A stretch of 64,000 nucleotides of DNA, from the NCBI RefSeq assembly GCF_006345805.1, contig NC_043012.1:42036001-42100000 (forward strand), given 5' to 3'. The stretch is from Octopus sinensis. Lineage: Eukaryota. Positions 1-12,555 of the stretch are shown here, piece by piece. The notes under the pieces are model-generated. The model had not been told where the DNA came from. It saw only the letters and a list, made by a program, of their open reading frames with translations, and did no database searches. The translations under genes were made by a program, and so were the position numbers. Position 1 is the stretch's first letter; the number at the start of each line of letters is the position of its first letter.

Positions 1-61
1 CGTTCTCTCTCTCCCTCTCTCTCTCCCTCTTTCTCTCTCACGTAATATATATACATATATA

Positions 62-1030
62 TATTAGGTTGGCAACTAAGTTGCCGCCGTTTTTTTTAAA
101 CTTAATTTTTTAAAAAGGTTTAATAAAAAAAATAACAACTAATTAATTAATAATGTATTCACCCTTGTTTACAAATTCTTCCCAACTTTCAACAAGATTT
201 TCAATACCTCGTTGGTAGAAATCACCCGATTTCGACTCAAAAAATTGATCCAACCAAGCTCTCAATTCTGCATCAGTATTGAATGAAACTCTGCGCATAG
301 AATTTGAAAGAGATCGAAAGAGGTGGAAATCCGTTGGTGCCAAATCAGGAGAGTACGGCGGGTGTGACAGCACTTCCCAGCCATGCGTTTGAAGGGCTTC
401 CTTGGTCACATTGGCGATTTGAGGGAGGGCGTTGTCGTGCAGCAGAACAATTCCATGCTGACGATTAGGTATTTTCTCTTGAATAGCCGTGTTGAGTCGT
501 TCCATCTGTTGAACATTGAGTTCTGCGTTGACCGTTTGGTTTCGTTTAAGAAATTCGTAATGGATAGTCCCTTCCCAGTCCCACCATACGCACAACGTCA
601 TTTTACGCAGATGAAGATCTTGTTTCACACGCGGTGTCGCGTGTTAACCGGGTTTAAGCCTTCCTTACGCTGCTTCATATTGATGTACAGGCACCATTTA
701 TCGTCGCCAGTAATGATTCGGTAAAGAAATCGTTGTTTCTGTCCATGAGTTGAGTGGTGACGAGCAAGCAAACCAGTGGAGATTGTGGCTCGTTGATTTT
801 TGTTTTTGTCACTTAAAGCATGCGGAACCCATGCTCCAAACTTCTGAACCTTTCCCACTCTTTAGCAGTGTAGGAGCTTTCCATTTTCTCTGCCAGTTTC
901 CTTGTCGTTTGACGAGAATTTTCGTGCAAAAGTTGGTTTAATCGCTCTTCATCGAACTCAGCTGGACGGTCAGAACGAGGTGCGTCTTTGAGGTCAAAAT
1001 TTCCATACTTTATTGCATATTCTGGTTGCA
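62..1030 (-). mobile_element. Degenerate mariner (DD34D) DNA transposon, 3' two-thirds with one TIR
   Basis: Frameshifted transposase pieces at ~860-1030, 625-858 and 143-628 contain HTH/GRP-like 'DAPRSDRP', 'WVPHAL', 'ITGDDKW', 'LHDNA' and 'HPPYSPDLAPTDFHLF'. A mariner-type end TATTAGGTTGGCAACTAAGTTGCC lies at ~62. The 5' part is cut off by a SINE-like segment. Confidence 0.93.
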
Positions 1031-1069
1031 TAACGAAATACCACATACCTACAGAGCATTCGTGTGTGT

Positions 1070-1265
1070 TTGTGCTTGTGTCTCCCACCACCGTTTGATA
1101 ACCAGTATTGGTTGGTTTTACGGCCCCGTAAATTAGTGGCTCGGCAAGATGGACCGATAGAATAAGTGCCAGGCTTAAAGGAAAATAATCAGTTTGTTCG
1201 ACTAGACCCTTCAAGGCGGTGCCCCAGCATGGTCGCAGTCTAATGACTGAGACAAATAAAAGGAT
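1070..1265 (+). mobile_element. 3' (tail) module of composite SINE family A/C
   Basis: Matches the tail module at 17110-17275, 9205-9380 and 43625-43800 (gaccgatagaataagt...ggcggtgccccagcatgg...aatgactga). Confidence 0.7.
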
Positions 1266-1817
1266 AAAAAAAAATGTGTATGTATATGTATTATATGTAT
1301 GTATCTATACTTATCAATATATGTGTGTGTTGAGAAAGAGAAAGAAAGAAAGAAAGAAGGTCTAATCTGCTGAAAAATAAAAAGAAGACAAGTGAAGGAA
1401 CAAGCAATTGTATTAGTTTGACGCTTGGGAAGAATGAAGTATTTGACTTTTCGAGCTTACGCTCTTCGACAGAAAGGGGTGAGAGAGAGAAAACATTGAG
1501 AGAGAACAGGAAAATATCTCAGTTTTTTATTTTTCGTTTTCTCTCCATTTTTTCCTCTCACATCGTGGTTGTATTTGCTCAACTAAGCAACAAAGTTAAC
1601 TAACTACAATTATTTTCTCTATATTGTAAGATTGTGTAAAATACACATGAAACAGACACTACGTCAATACTAATACAATACTAAACAACCACTAAGCCAA
1701 TACTTTAACGTTGTAATTAATATTAAGGTGGTACTATGGGTATTACAAACAGAGTTATTACTGTGTATTAAAATGTTCACTGGTGTTTCACGTCTTTTTG
1801 TGTTGCCATACTTTCAG

Positions 1818-1920
1818 CTCACATATTTGTTGACGATGCCATGGAGTTTAATGACAGACGACAATGGATGCCGAATTGTTTCGTGAAGCAACTGGTTTCT
1901 GTTGTTGACAAAGCAGCCAG
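1818..1920 (+). CDS. CHS: Chitin synthase, internal exon (first exon in window)
   Basis: ttttcag/GTAAAG splice sites. The 103 nt encode (A)HIFVDDAMEFNDRRQWMPNCFVKQLVSVVDKAAS, matching the metazoan CHS 'HIFFDDA...FVKxL...DxAAS' segment. Its phase-2 end joins 15172 in frame. Confidence 0.9.
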
Positions 1921-2007
1921 GTAAAGAACAAATCACTACCCCACTTCTCTCTCTCTCTCTCTCTCTCCTCTTTCTCTCTTCCATTTTTCTCTCCTTATAT
2001 TATTATT

Positions 2008-2562
2008 GAGTGAGAAACCAGCACATACCATCAAAGTGACACTAGGATACAAATATACGAAGCCCAGTATACCCGTCATGACTACCCGTCTGATAAGGGT
2101 ACACCAGGCACATGCATCACAACCATATGTACGCGACAGGGTGATCTCATAACAAGATAAACAGTGCATGACCTTGCGGGTGGGACCCAGTTAGAATTTT
2201 CTTCTGGTCGAGTAGCCCATCCCACTCAAAAGGTCCCTGATTAAGGGTTGTTTAAGGATGTTGAATGAAACACCCATGTTTCCAGAGGTGAATCATTCAA
2301 ACCCCAAAGAATCCCTCTCAACACATGGCTATGATGCTCCCTCACTACTTCTACTCGTGATCAGAGATGCACATATCGTCAGCCACTAAGGGACATGCCC
2401 AACTGGTTACGGTCAAACAACTGACAAGCAAATCTGTGGTATTGAGCAGAATATTTGCTGTAGCCCATCTTTTATACCAAGACAAAACAATGTACATGAT
2501 AACACTTCCAATCAGTTAAGATCAGAAGCCATGAGAGCCGCTGCCTGGTACTGCATCAGGGC

Positions 2563-2565
<3 letters not shown>
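2008..2565 (-). mobile_element. ~560-bp non-coding interspersed element in (TAA)n array, copy 1
   Basis: Highly similar to 54905-55454 and to the partial copy at 14377-14626. It has (TTA)n on both sides and no convincing ORF. Orientation is inferred from which half the truncated copy keeps. Confidence 0.8.
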
Positions 2566-2596
<31 letters not shown>

Positions 2597-2599
<3 letters not shown>

Positions 2600-3444
2600 T
2601 AGTTTTATTTTTATAGCGTGCTTTCACTTCACTACCGAGCGCAGCTCTGTGTGCCTTGGGTATGTGCTGTGATTTGTTGTGAATCTCTGATGGTTATTGT
2701 ATGAAAGTGTCTGCAGGATGTTGCAGTGCCTAGTAGTGCAATTTTCTGTATGTTATATGTGTTTGTAAGTCCTGGTGTTTTTGTTATGTATTTGTCTGAA
2801 TATTTTTTTATCATGCCTAATGCACCTACTATGATAGGAATTGTTTCTGTTTTCAGGTTCCACATTCTAGTTACCTCTATTTCCAGGTCTTTGTATTTGA
2901 GAGTTTCTCCATTTCTTTTAGAGACACGTTGTCATCTGCCGGTATTGATACATCAATTAGAAAGCATTTTTTTTCTTCATGATCTCTGACAACTATATCT
3001 GGTCTGTTGGCCTTAATTTCTCTATCTGTGTATATCGGCATATCCCAGAGTATGGTTGCTTTCTCGTTTTCTGTGACCTTTTCTGGTGTGTGCCTGTACC
3101 ATCTTTTTTCTGTTGTTATTCCATAATGTTTGCATAGCTTCCAATGTATGTAGGTTCCAACTCTGTCATGTCTGTGAATATATTCCTTCTTAGCCAGGAC
3201 TGGGCAGCTAGAGATAATATGATTTATTGTTTCTTGTCCATCTCCACATATTCTGCAGTTACTTGTAATATTTCTTTTCATTACATGTTTTTGGTAATTT
3301 CTGGTGGGGAGGCTTTGGTCTTGTGCTGCAATTAAAAATCCCTCTGTTTCTGCTTTGAGTCCTGAGCTTCTCAACCATTGCTGGGATTTTTCTTTGTCTA
3401 TTTCTTTTGCGTTTAGTTTAGTGCAGTATTTACCATGAAGGGGC
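2597..3444 (-). mobile_element. R4/Dong-clade non-LTR retrotransposon, 5'-truncated (family 1)
   Basis: CCHC knuckle CRICGDGQETINHIISSCP, RHDRV motif and restriction-like endonuclease RPDIVV...IDVSIP...KLSK. It has a (TAA)n tail and (TTA)n on both flanks. Confidence 0.92.
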
Positions 3445-3456
3445 TTATTATTATTA

Positions 3457-3523
<67 letters not shown>

Positions 3524-4336
3524 TACAGGTTGTATGTCATGCCAATATATTGAGTTTCTTCTAAAACCTTTTTATCAGCCAGCATTTGTTCTGTTGTCAA
3601 AACAATCTGTTGGCAAACGGACACTGAAACCTTGGGTATCAGCTATAGCGTTTTAACTAATTTACATGATAATTAATAATTGAAAATATGCTCCCAGATA
3701 TTAGGTCCTCTTTCTTCTGGTTTTTACTACACGGCGTGCGCACACACACTCGTTCACACAATCTCTCACACACACGCATACAAATACATGTGTATATACA
3801 TGTGTGTGTGTGTGTGTGGATATGAAAAAGAGTTGATACCATTTGATAGAAATATATAGATATCTTGTCTGTGGAAGGTGCACAGGTATTATGAATGGAT
3901 TATATGTACGTGCGGGACAGGTGAGTTTATTTGTAGAGTAAAATATTTTTGTGAATGGATCACGTTTTCATGTTTTCGTTGTTTTTGATTTGGTCATTTC
4001 ATATATCATCTGAAAAAGTGTAAAGAAGAACAAGCACGTACGATGGACTGTGTGTGTGTATGTGCGTATGTGTGTGGGGGACGTGTCTGTATGTGTGTGT
4101 GAGTGTGAGTGCGAGTATTGTGTGTGTGTGTGTGTGTTTGTGAGTGCGAGTATTATGTGTTAGTGTGCATGTGTGTGAGGACTTGTCTCTGTGTGTGAGA
4201 AAGTGTGAGTGCGAGCATTATGTGTGTGCGTGTGTGTGTATACTTATCTCGGCTGTGTTTAAACATAAAAACAACAAAACCATTGTGGTGAGCAATAGGC
4301 GACGGTAATTCGGTAAACTTCGAATTTTGACGGGTT

Positions 4337-4560
<224 letters not shown>

Positions 4561-5514
4561 ATACGCACACACGCTAATATCGAACAGTAAGAATGAGCGC
4601 TCATCACCGCATTGATGGATAAATATTCTCTATCTCCAGGTTAACAAGTCTACCAACGGTTTCTCCTTGAATGGAGACGAGTACCAACGTTCCATATGGC
4701 AGGTTTCCTAATTCTTCAGAGATTTTTTGCATGAAAGCAATGGTAGCCTTGTTAACCCACAAATAAAGTGTGTGTGTGTGTGTGTGTACATGCCATCTAC
4801 CTGCATGTACATACGCAACTCTATAACTCTATTTCCCTTCTTTTTCACAACCTTTCTTAATCACATCTTTCTGTCCACTTCCCCCCTCTCTCTCTTTTCC
4901 TCCCCAAGTTACATTCTTATTCCATAACAACCTTCCTCTTCTTACTTCTCCACTATCACATCATTCACCTCACACTTTCTTTCCCTCCTTTCTTCCCCCT
5001 CCTTTTCACTCCCCCAACCTCTATTCTCTCCCTATTTATATTATATTCCACTCCACCTTAAATTCTTTTGCTCACACCTCCTCTCACCTTTGACTCCTCA
5101 CTACTAACCTGACCTCTGACATTTAATACACAGACCTGCCACACGCTTCTAATAACATATTTTCTGTCACCAGTGATTCAGTCTTCCTCTTTCACTGTCC
5201 TCCTCCTCCTCCTCTTCTCTCGATACGTGTCTATATGTTTGCGTCTATATAGTATCAGTGTGTGTGTTATGTGTGCATGAATATCTGCTTGTATTAATCT
5301 CCTTTTGTAACAGCTGTGTATATATGTATGTATGCATGTATGTATGTATGCATGCATGCATGTATGTATGCATGTATGCATGCATGCATGTATGCATGCA
5401 TGCATGCATGTATGTATGTATGCATGTATGCATGCATGCATGCATGCATGTATGTATGTATATGTACAGGTTTGTATTCTCATGCATATAGTTGCATATC
5501 TAGACATGATCATA

Positions 5515-6248
5515 TATATTTAAATGGTAAACTTCTCGAAAGTTTTACACATTTTCAGTTCCAGTGATGGCTTGGCTCTGTAATCTTTGAATCAGCTTTC
5601 TCCTTTCTGGTTTTGAGAAGCCTAATTTTTCAAGATTGGTATTTTGGCATACCCCAGCACCCCAATAATTGCAGGTATAAACCTGAACTTGTAATTTGGA
5701 CAGAGTAACTGCAAATTTCTCAATAGTTCACCATAGCTGTTCTCTTTTTCGCTGACCTTAGCTTTATGTTGACATCCACTGAGCAACTAAATTCTACAAC
5801 TGTGCGCAGTTTCTCTTCTCTATCTCAAATCATTATATCAGGTCTGTTGTGCTTACATTTTGTTGGGGTCTTCACTGGTACATTCCATAAGTATTCCTTT
5901 TTATTATGAGTAGCTATGCCTTCTACCATAATGTGGGTTCTTCTTTCCTTGTCCTCGGAATTATCCTTCCGACGGATTTCATTATAGAGCGTCCTAGCTA
6001 CAACATCATGTCTCATGACATTTTCGGACAACCGCTTATGATGTCGGTGATATCTTTGGTCTTAACATCACAATGTCTGCATTGGTTGTCACATTTTACT
6101 ACTTTTCCTACATCTCAATCCCTTTTGTGCATCAGGTACTTGATATTTCCTGTTCATGGATTGCAAACGCATACCCTTCAAAGTGGGGTGGGTAGTAATC
6201 CGGGTATTGGTCCATGATAAACTACTTTGATGATCGATGTTTTATCAA
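5515..6248 (-). mobile_element. Degenerate R4-like non-LTR retrotransposon 3' fragment (distinct family)
   Basis: RHDVVARTLY, EYLWNVPV and HNRPDIMI motifs plus a downstream REL nuclease-like segment, with multiple stops. Confidence 0.8.
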
Positions 6249-6418
6249 CATACACACACACACAAATAGGTAGATAGACAGATACACATAGACACACACA
6301 CACGTGAGTGGACAAAAGAAAGGAAAGGGCACTCAACACATTTTGTAAGAGTTACATGTATTATTTAAAACAGTTTGACTCTATTCCGTGGTAGTTCAAG
6401 TTTTACAGGCCCCTGATG

Positions 6419-6555
6419 GGAGCCGACTCCTTCAAGCTTTTGAAATGCCGAATGGAAAGTTACAGGAAGTTCAAGATGGCTGCCAATAGTAGCCTATCTT
6501 CGGATTCCTGCACCTCTCCATTCGGCATTCCAAAAGCCTGAAGGAGTTGGGCTCC
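6419..6555. repeat. Imperfect inverted repeat / long hairpin (~63-bp arms, 9-nt loop)
   Basis: 6419-6481 is largely reverse-complementary to 6491-6555, with loop gccaatagt. Confidence 0.9.
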
Positions 6556-6625
6556 AAACATCCCTGTTTCTCTCTGTTTCTCTCTGTCTCTGTCTGTCTC
6601 TCTCTCTCTCCGCTCTCTCTCTCTC

Positions 6626-6698
<73 letters not shown>

Positions 6699-6735
6699 AA
6701 AAAGGAGATGTGAAACACGAGTTGTGATATATAAA

Positions 6736-7053
6736 AAAAGGAAATGAAGAAAATGCTGACAAAATAATTTAAGTAAGGGAGAGTGTATTTAATTAGGTGA
6801 AAGTTCTTTTTACCGGTTGCGCATTTCTTATGCTTATCAAAAGATATTTTTTAAAGAGAGATAGAGTTCCTTTCTGATAGATTTTTTTCTCTTATCTGAG
6901 AAAAAAATCTATCAGAAAGGAACTCTATCTCTCTTTAAAAAATATCTTTTGATAAGCATAAGAAATGCGCAACCGGTAAAAAGAACTTTCACCTAATTAA
7001 ATACACTCTCCCTTACTTAAATTATTTTGTCAGCATTTTCTTCATTTCCTTTA
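6736..7053. repeat. Near-perfect palindrome, ~156-bp arms, 6-nt loop, next to (TA)n
   Basis: The arms are exact reverse complements apart from a terminal A-run. Loop ttatct at 6892-6897. Confidence 0.97.
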
Positions 7054-7077
7054 TATATATATATATATATATATATA

Positions 7078-7308
7078 TCAACAATCAAGGAACGGCCATA
7101 ATAGGCCATTCACCCACTAGAAATAACAGCCAAAGCTTCAACCGCAAATAAAGATCAATTCCGTAAACAGGAGAAAATTTAAAAAAACATTTACCCTTTT
7201 TTTTAAATTTTCTCCTGTTTACGGAATTGATCTTTATTTGCGGTTGAAGCTTTGGCTGTTATTTCTAGTGGGTGAATGGCCTATTATGGCCGTTCCTTGA
7301 TTGTTGAT
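7078..7308. repeat. Near-perfect palindrome, ~110-bp arms, ~10-nt loop
   Basis: atcaacaatcaagg...ggagaaaatttaaaaaaa pairs with ttttttt-aaattttctcc...ccttgattgttgat. Confidence 0.97.
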
Positions 7309-7407
7309 GTTGAACTTAAAAATGGTCTATGACTATTTAATTTTTTCCCACTAGGCCGCTGGTGGCAAAAAGAATTCTACAAAATTTTTTTCACCACCCT
7401 ATATTGA

Positions 7408-7438
<31 letters not shown>

Positions 7439-8032
7439 CGTATCAATGTCGGCAACTGTAACATTCTGTTGCGTCTGACTTCTGCTCAGTTAAATATATT
7501 TACACAAGACGACCCTGAGTGAAATTATTGATTCACCACATAGTGGCGTTGCTGCTGCTGCTGCTGTTGTTGTTGTTGGTTGTGAAAGGAAGAGAGAAGA
7601 TCTCCTGATACACACACAGACCTTTCCCCTCCCTGGGCCAAAATGCTAAACTGTTGACAATTCTCAATACGGACACAGTCCCAGTTTACTTTGACGCGTC
7701 CAAACTTATACTGTTTTTTTTTTAAACAAACATTTGATGTATCATCTGTAACACCCAGATACCACCAGCACTACTATTACAACAAGCACTACCATTGCCA
7801 CTGCTACTGTCAATACCACTGCTCTCTCTATCGCTTCTACAACTATCCCCCATACTACCACTGTCAACAGCATTACCCAGTGCCATTACTTGCCTCTCCA
7901 CCATCACTACTATTTCTATCACCACTACCACCCCTACCACAAACACTACTACCCCCACCATAACTGCAGTTAGTACCTTCATTAACATCATCATCTCTCA
8001 TTCTATCATCAACACTATTGTCATCATCGCCA

Positions 8033-8066
<34 letters not shown>

Positions 8067-8093
8067 TGTGTGCGTGTGTATGTGTGTGTGCGT

Positions 8094-8152
<59 letters not shown>

Positions 8153-8870
8153 TGTATATATACACACATACATGTGTGTGTTGGTTTAATGAGGATCTGT
8201 TGAATAGATCGAACCAGATCAAAAGTGATGCAAGCCACGTATGATGGATGGACAGAATGACACAAATCAACAGATAAAAAAGAATATCCATTATTCAGTT
8301 AGCGAAAGCGAGCATGAATGAAAGGAAGTTCACCGTTGTTTGGTATTCTGCAAATAAAAGAGTTTCCAAAGTGAAATGGAACTCGAAGCACAGCAGGATA
8401 AAAGACACAATCGGATTTTAAGGTAATGCTACAAATGTTTCATTAAGAAATTATATTTTGCCATAACATCAGACAGGTAGGCCTATTATAGACGAACTCT
8501 ACCAATAAGATTATGCTGATCGGCAGCGCTCTATTCTTTCAGTTCTTCAGTATATGCCATGATTTAAACAGTATAAAATGTTACGCTAATATGTTGATGT
8601 CGGTGTGTGTACGTACACACTATATATATAAAGTGAGAGAGAGATAATAAAAGAAAATGGAGAAGAAAAAATATAATAGATACTTGGTTCATTTTGTTTG
8701 TGTCACAATGGAAAAGTAATGCAAAGCAAAAGTGACAGCCATAAGAATAAGGATAAAAGAAATCGGATCAACATATATTTGATTAAAGCTAGTTGGCATC
8801 TGGATTGTTATTAACAATACCAGGCGAGGAAATTGCATCCTCAAAATTTCAATGTGTGCGTGTGTGTATT

Positions 8871-8936
<66 letters not shown>

Positions 8937-9204
8937 TATATATAATGTAGTGTTCAATTGTTGGCTAATCAGCAAAAAGGTATTCATTCCAGCGAGAGTG
9001 GTGCTTGAATGGTGCGGTAATCGGACATGCTTGCATAGCGTACCGTGCACGATCCAGCAACCGTTCAGGCTCAAATGATACGGCTACTCCGTGAGAAGTA
9101 TAATATACACTTAGATACATATATAAAAATACACACATGTAAATGTTTATATATACATACTAATATGTATGTATGCATACATCTTATGCTTCATCGTTTG
9201 TCTT

Positions 9205-9486
9205 TTACTTGTTTCAGTCATTAGACAGCGGCCATGCTGGGGCACCGCTTGGAGAATTTTAGCTGAATGAATCGACCCCAGTAGTTCTTTAAGCCTGTTA
9301 CTTATTTTATCGGTTATGTTGGCTAACTGCTAAGTTACGAAGACGTTCCGGGGTGGGGAGGCAAACAGAGGCACAAAATCACACAAACACGCACTCGCAT
9401 ATTTGCACATATGCACACATACACATAAAAACGTGCATACGCACATACACTTACAAATATATACACGCACACAGAGATAGACAGAG

Positions 9487-9520
<34 letters not shown>

Positions 9521-9690
9521 TAGATTCGACGTGCTTCTTTCAGTTTCCGTCGACCAAATCCACTCTCAAAGCTTTGGTCGGCTTGAGGCTAAAGCAGGAG
9601 ACACCCAAAGTAACACCCAGTGGATCTGAACAAGGAACCATGTGACTGAGAACAAAATATTTTAGCAAACAGTTGCGCCTTCGCCTATAT
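9205..9690 (-). mobile_element. Composite tRNA-derived SINE (head A + internal microsatellite + tail C)
   Basis: Head at 9530-9690 and tail at 9205-9380 match 16793-17275 in reverse orientation. Confidence 0.75.
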
Positions 9691-9769
9691 ATATACGTAA
9701 GAAATAGCATACAGATACACACGCGCGCGCGCACACACACACGCACACACACAGACACACATACACACA

Positions 9770-9926
<157 letters not shown>

Positions 9927-10886
9927 GGGAGATGTACTCGCATAGCAAGTGATTTGATCTGAGATCGTGTGCTGAAACGAAAACAATTGCAGCGTGGAAG
10001 GTGTTTGTAAGCCATTTAAGAAACACACAAAAGCCGTTCGATTCACTTCAACATTTAAGTTTAATTTGTGAAAATATTTTCGTCGCTAAAATCCGCGACC
10101 TGTTCACCGACAAAAATCCGTGCTGCATCTGAGAAAGTAACAGTTAGTTCGTCATATATATGTACGTATGTATGTGTGTATGTATGCATACACGCATGTA
10201 TGCATGTATGTATGTATGTATGTATGTATGTATGTATGTATGTATGTATGTATGTATGTATTGTACGTACATACGCCTGTGTATGCATGTATGTATGTAT
10301 GTATGTATGTGTGTGTATATGCACGCACATACACACTATAAACATAAAGCTATAAACTTGTAGTGATGGATAGATGTAGACTGACCACTCAACACAATAA
10401 TATCAAATTTCTACCTCCCCCGCCGAAACTAGGAAGTGATTTACGACCCTCACCCCCAAAACAAAACCCTAAAACCTATTATCAGACATTTATCTCTATA
10501 TCACAGAACTTTTGTTTTACTATTACTTGTTTTATTTTATTTTATTTTTCCCCCTCCCTACATCTAGTTAGTTCAGGTCAAATATATATACGTATGTATG
10601 TGCGTGCGTATGTATGTATGTATGTATGTATGTATGTATGTATGTATGTATGTATGTATGTATGTACATACGTACGCATGTGCGTATGTATGTATACGCG
10701 CACGTATGCATGTGCCCATGTATGTGTGTGCGTACATGTACGTGCGTATGTACGTATGTATGCCCATACGTAGGTATGTATGTATGTTTGTACTCATGTG
10801 CTACGTATGTATGTGAGTGTCTAGGAGAATGGGCAGACGCGTCTGTGAGAGTGTGTACATGTGTATGTGTATGTGAACGTATGCCC

Positions 10887-10914
<28 letters not shown>

Positions 10915-10921
<7 letters not shown>

Positions 10922-11105
10922 GGCTTAGTAAAATAAATTACTTTGCCGCATACTGAACTCATTAGAAATAGCAGCTAAAAAAACTTTTTTAAAACTATTT
11001 CTAATACTTAAAGAAAACCTCTCTCATATAGTGTTTGCTCATAGCTGCTATTTCTAATGAGTTCAGTATGCGGCAAAGTAATTTATTTTACTAAGCCCTT
11101 TTATA
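10915..11105. mobile_element. TA-flanked MITE-like fold-back (~65-bp TIRs, ~60-bp spacer)
   Basis: aaaagggcttagtaaaataaattactttgccgcatactgaactcattagaaatagcagcta and its exact reverse complement, with TA/(TA)n flanks. Confidence 0.8.
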
Positions 11106-11994
11106 TAATGTAATAATTTGAATTCGCCTTAAATGGTCCCTTTGCATACTGAATACTTGGTGAAATTGATTAATTAATTAATTTTACCCTCAATTGTTGA
11201 AATTATATATATATATATATATTATATATATATATATATATTATATATATATATATATATACATATATACATGCACATGTTAATTATGTGTTTAGCATGT
11301 GTAGATATGTGTCTACAATATGAATAAAACATATTCCTGTTACAGTATTCTGTTTAGATGCTTTAAATGTTGAGTGTCGTTTAGCTGCAGGTCGGTCTTG
11401 ATCCCGTAGATATATAATTAAGCACATTCCAACTGTGACCACCTCGTCTTTTTTCTCACTCACTGTATATAAGACTATATTATCCAATGTATCATACGTT
11501 TAAGTGGTTTTGGCGGGATCTGACGTTGTCTTTTTAGCTACTATTTCAGCACGTTTAGTGACCACGAATAGGTTCGCGTTTTCACTCGTTTTGAGATTTT
11601 CATGTGTGTTTATTAGTACAAGTGTGTCTATGTCTGTGGGGATGTATGTATACGTCTGTCTACACGACTGAGCGTACGAGTATATATGCATGTGTGTGTG
11701 TGACTTGAACATGCCGACATGTTAGTAATCCTCTGCACACGCACGTCCACGTGTCCACCATTGTCAGTATATATGTATGCGTACTTGTATGTTTATGAAC
11801 ATGTATGCATGCATGCATGCATGTATGTATGTATGTATGTATGTATGTATGTATACGATGGGGAGTCTACGTGAATGCATGTGTTTGTATGTACATGTAT
11901 ATGTATGTGCATGTACATGCGTGTATTGATGTATATGCGTGTGTATATTTGACAATATACATGTATGTGTGTATATAAGCGTGCGTAGGTATGC

Positions 11995-12054
<60 letters not shown>

Positions 12055-12294
12055 GTATGTATGTATTTATGTATGTATGTATGTATGTATGTATGTATGT
12101 ATGTAGTATGTATGTATGTATGTATGTATGTATCTTTATGTATGTATGCCAGTATAGTTATGTGTGTATGAGTGTCTTTACCCAAACATTCAGTCTTCTG
12201 AAGTTGACTAAACTTCCCAATGTTGGGTCAGAGTCAACAACTTTTGGACTAATGACGTTCACTGACGTCATCACTTTTAGCCCTTTGTCACTAG

Positions 12295-12311
12295 TAGTTG
12301 TAGTAGTAGCT

Positions 12312-12388
<77 letters not shown>

Positions 12389-12515
12389 GGTGGTGGTGGT
12401 GGTGGTGGTGGTGGTGGTGATGGTGGTGGTGGTGATGCTGTAGTGGTTGTGAGTGGCAAGGTTGGTCAGTTTTGGTCAAAATGACATTGAATCGAAATCT
12501 CAAGCCATGGCCACT

Positions 12516-12552
<37 letters not shown>

Positions 12553-12555
12553 CCA
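12295..12555. repeat. (GTA)n(GTG)n - unique core - (ACA)n trinucleotide block
   Basis: Read directly. The core at 12451-12506 recurs at 26638-26693. Confidence 0.9.

Noticed and set aside
4640-4702. 63-nt AG/GT-bounded segment in the large chitin synthase intron (VNKSTNGF...SIWQ)
   Set aside because: It is open only in phase 0, but the intron is phase 2, where it contains TGA. The flanking exons already join into the conserved sequence. At most an unsupported poison exon.
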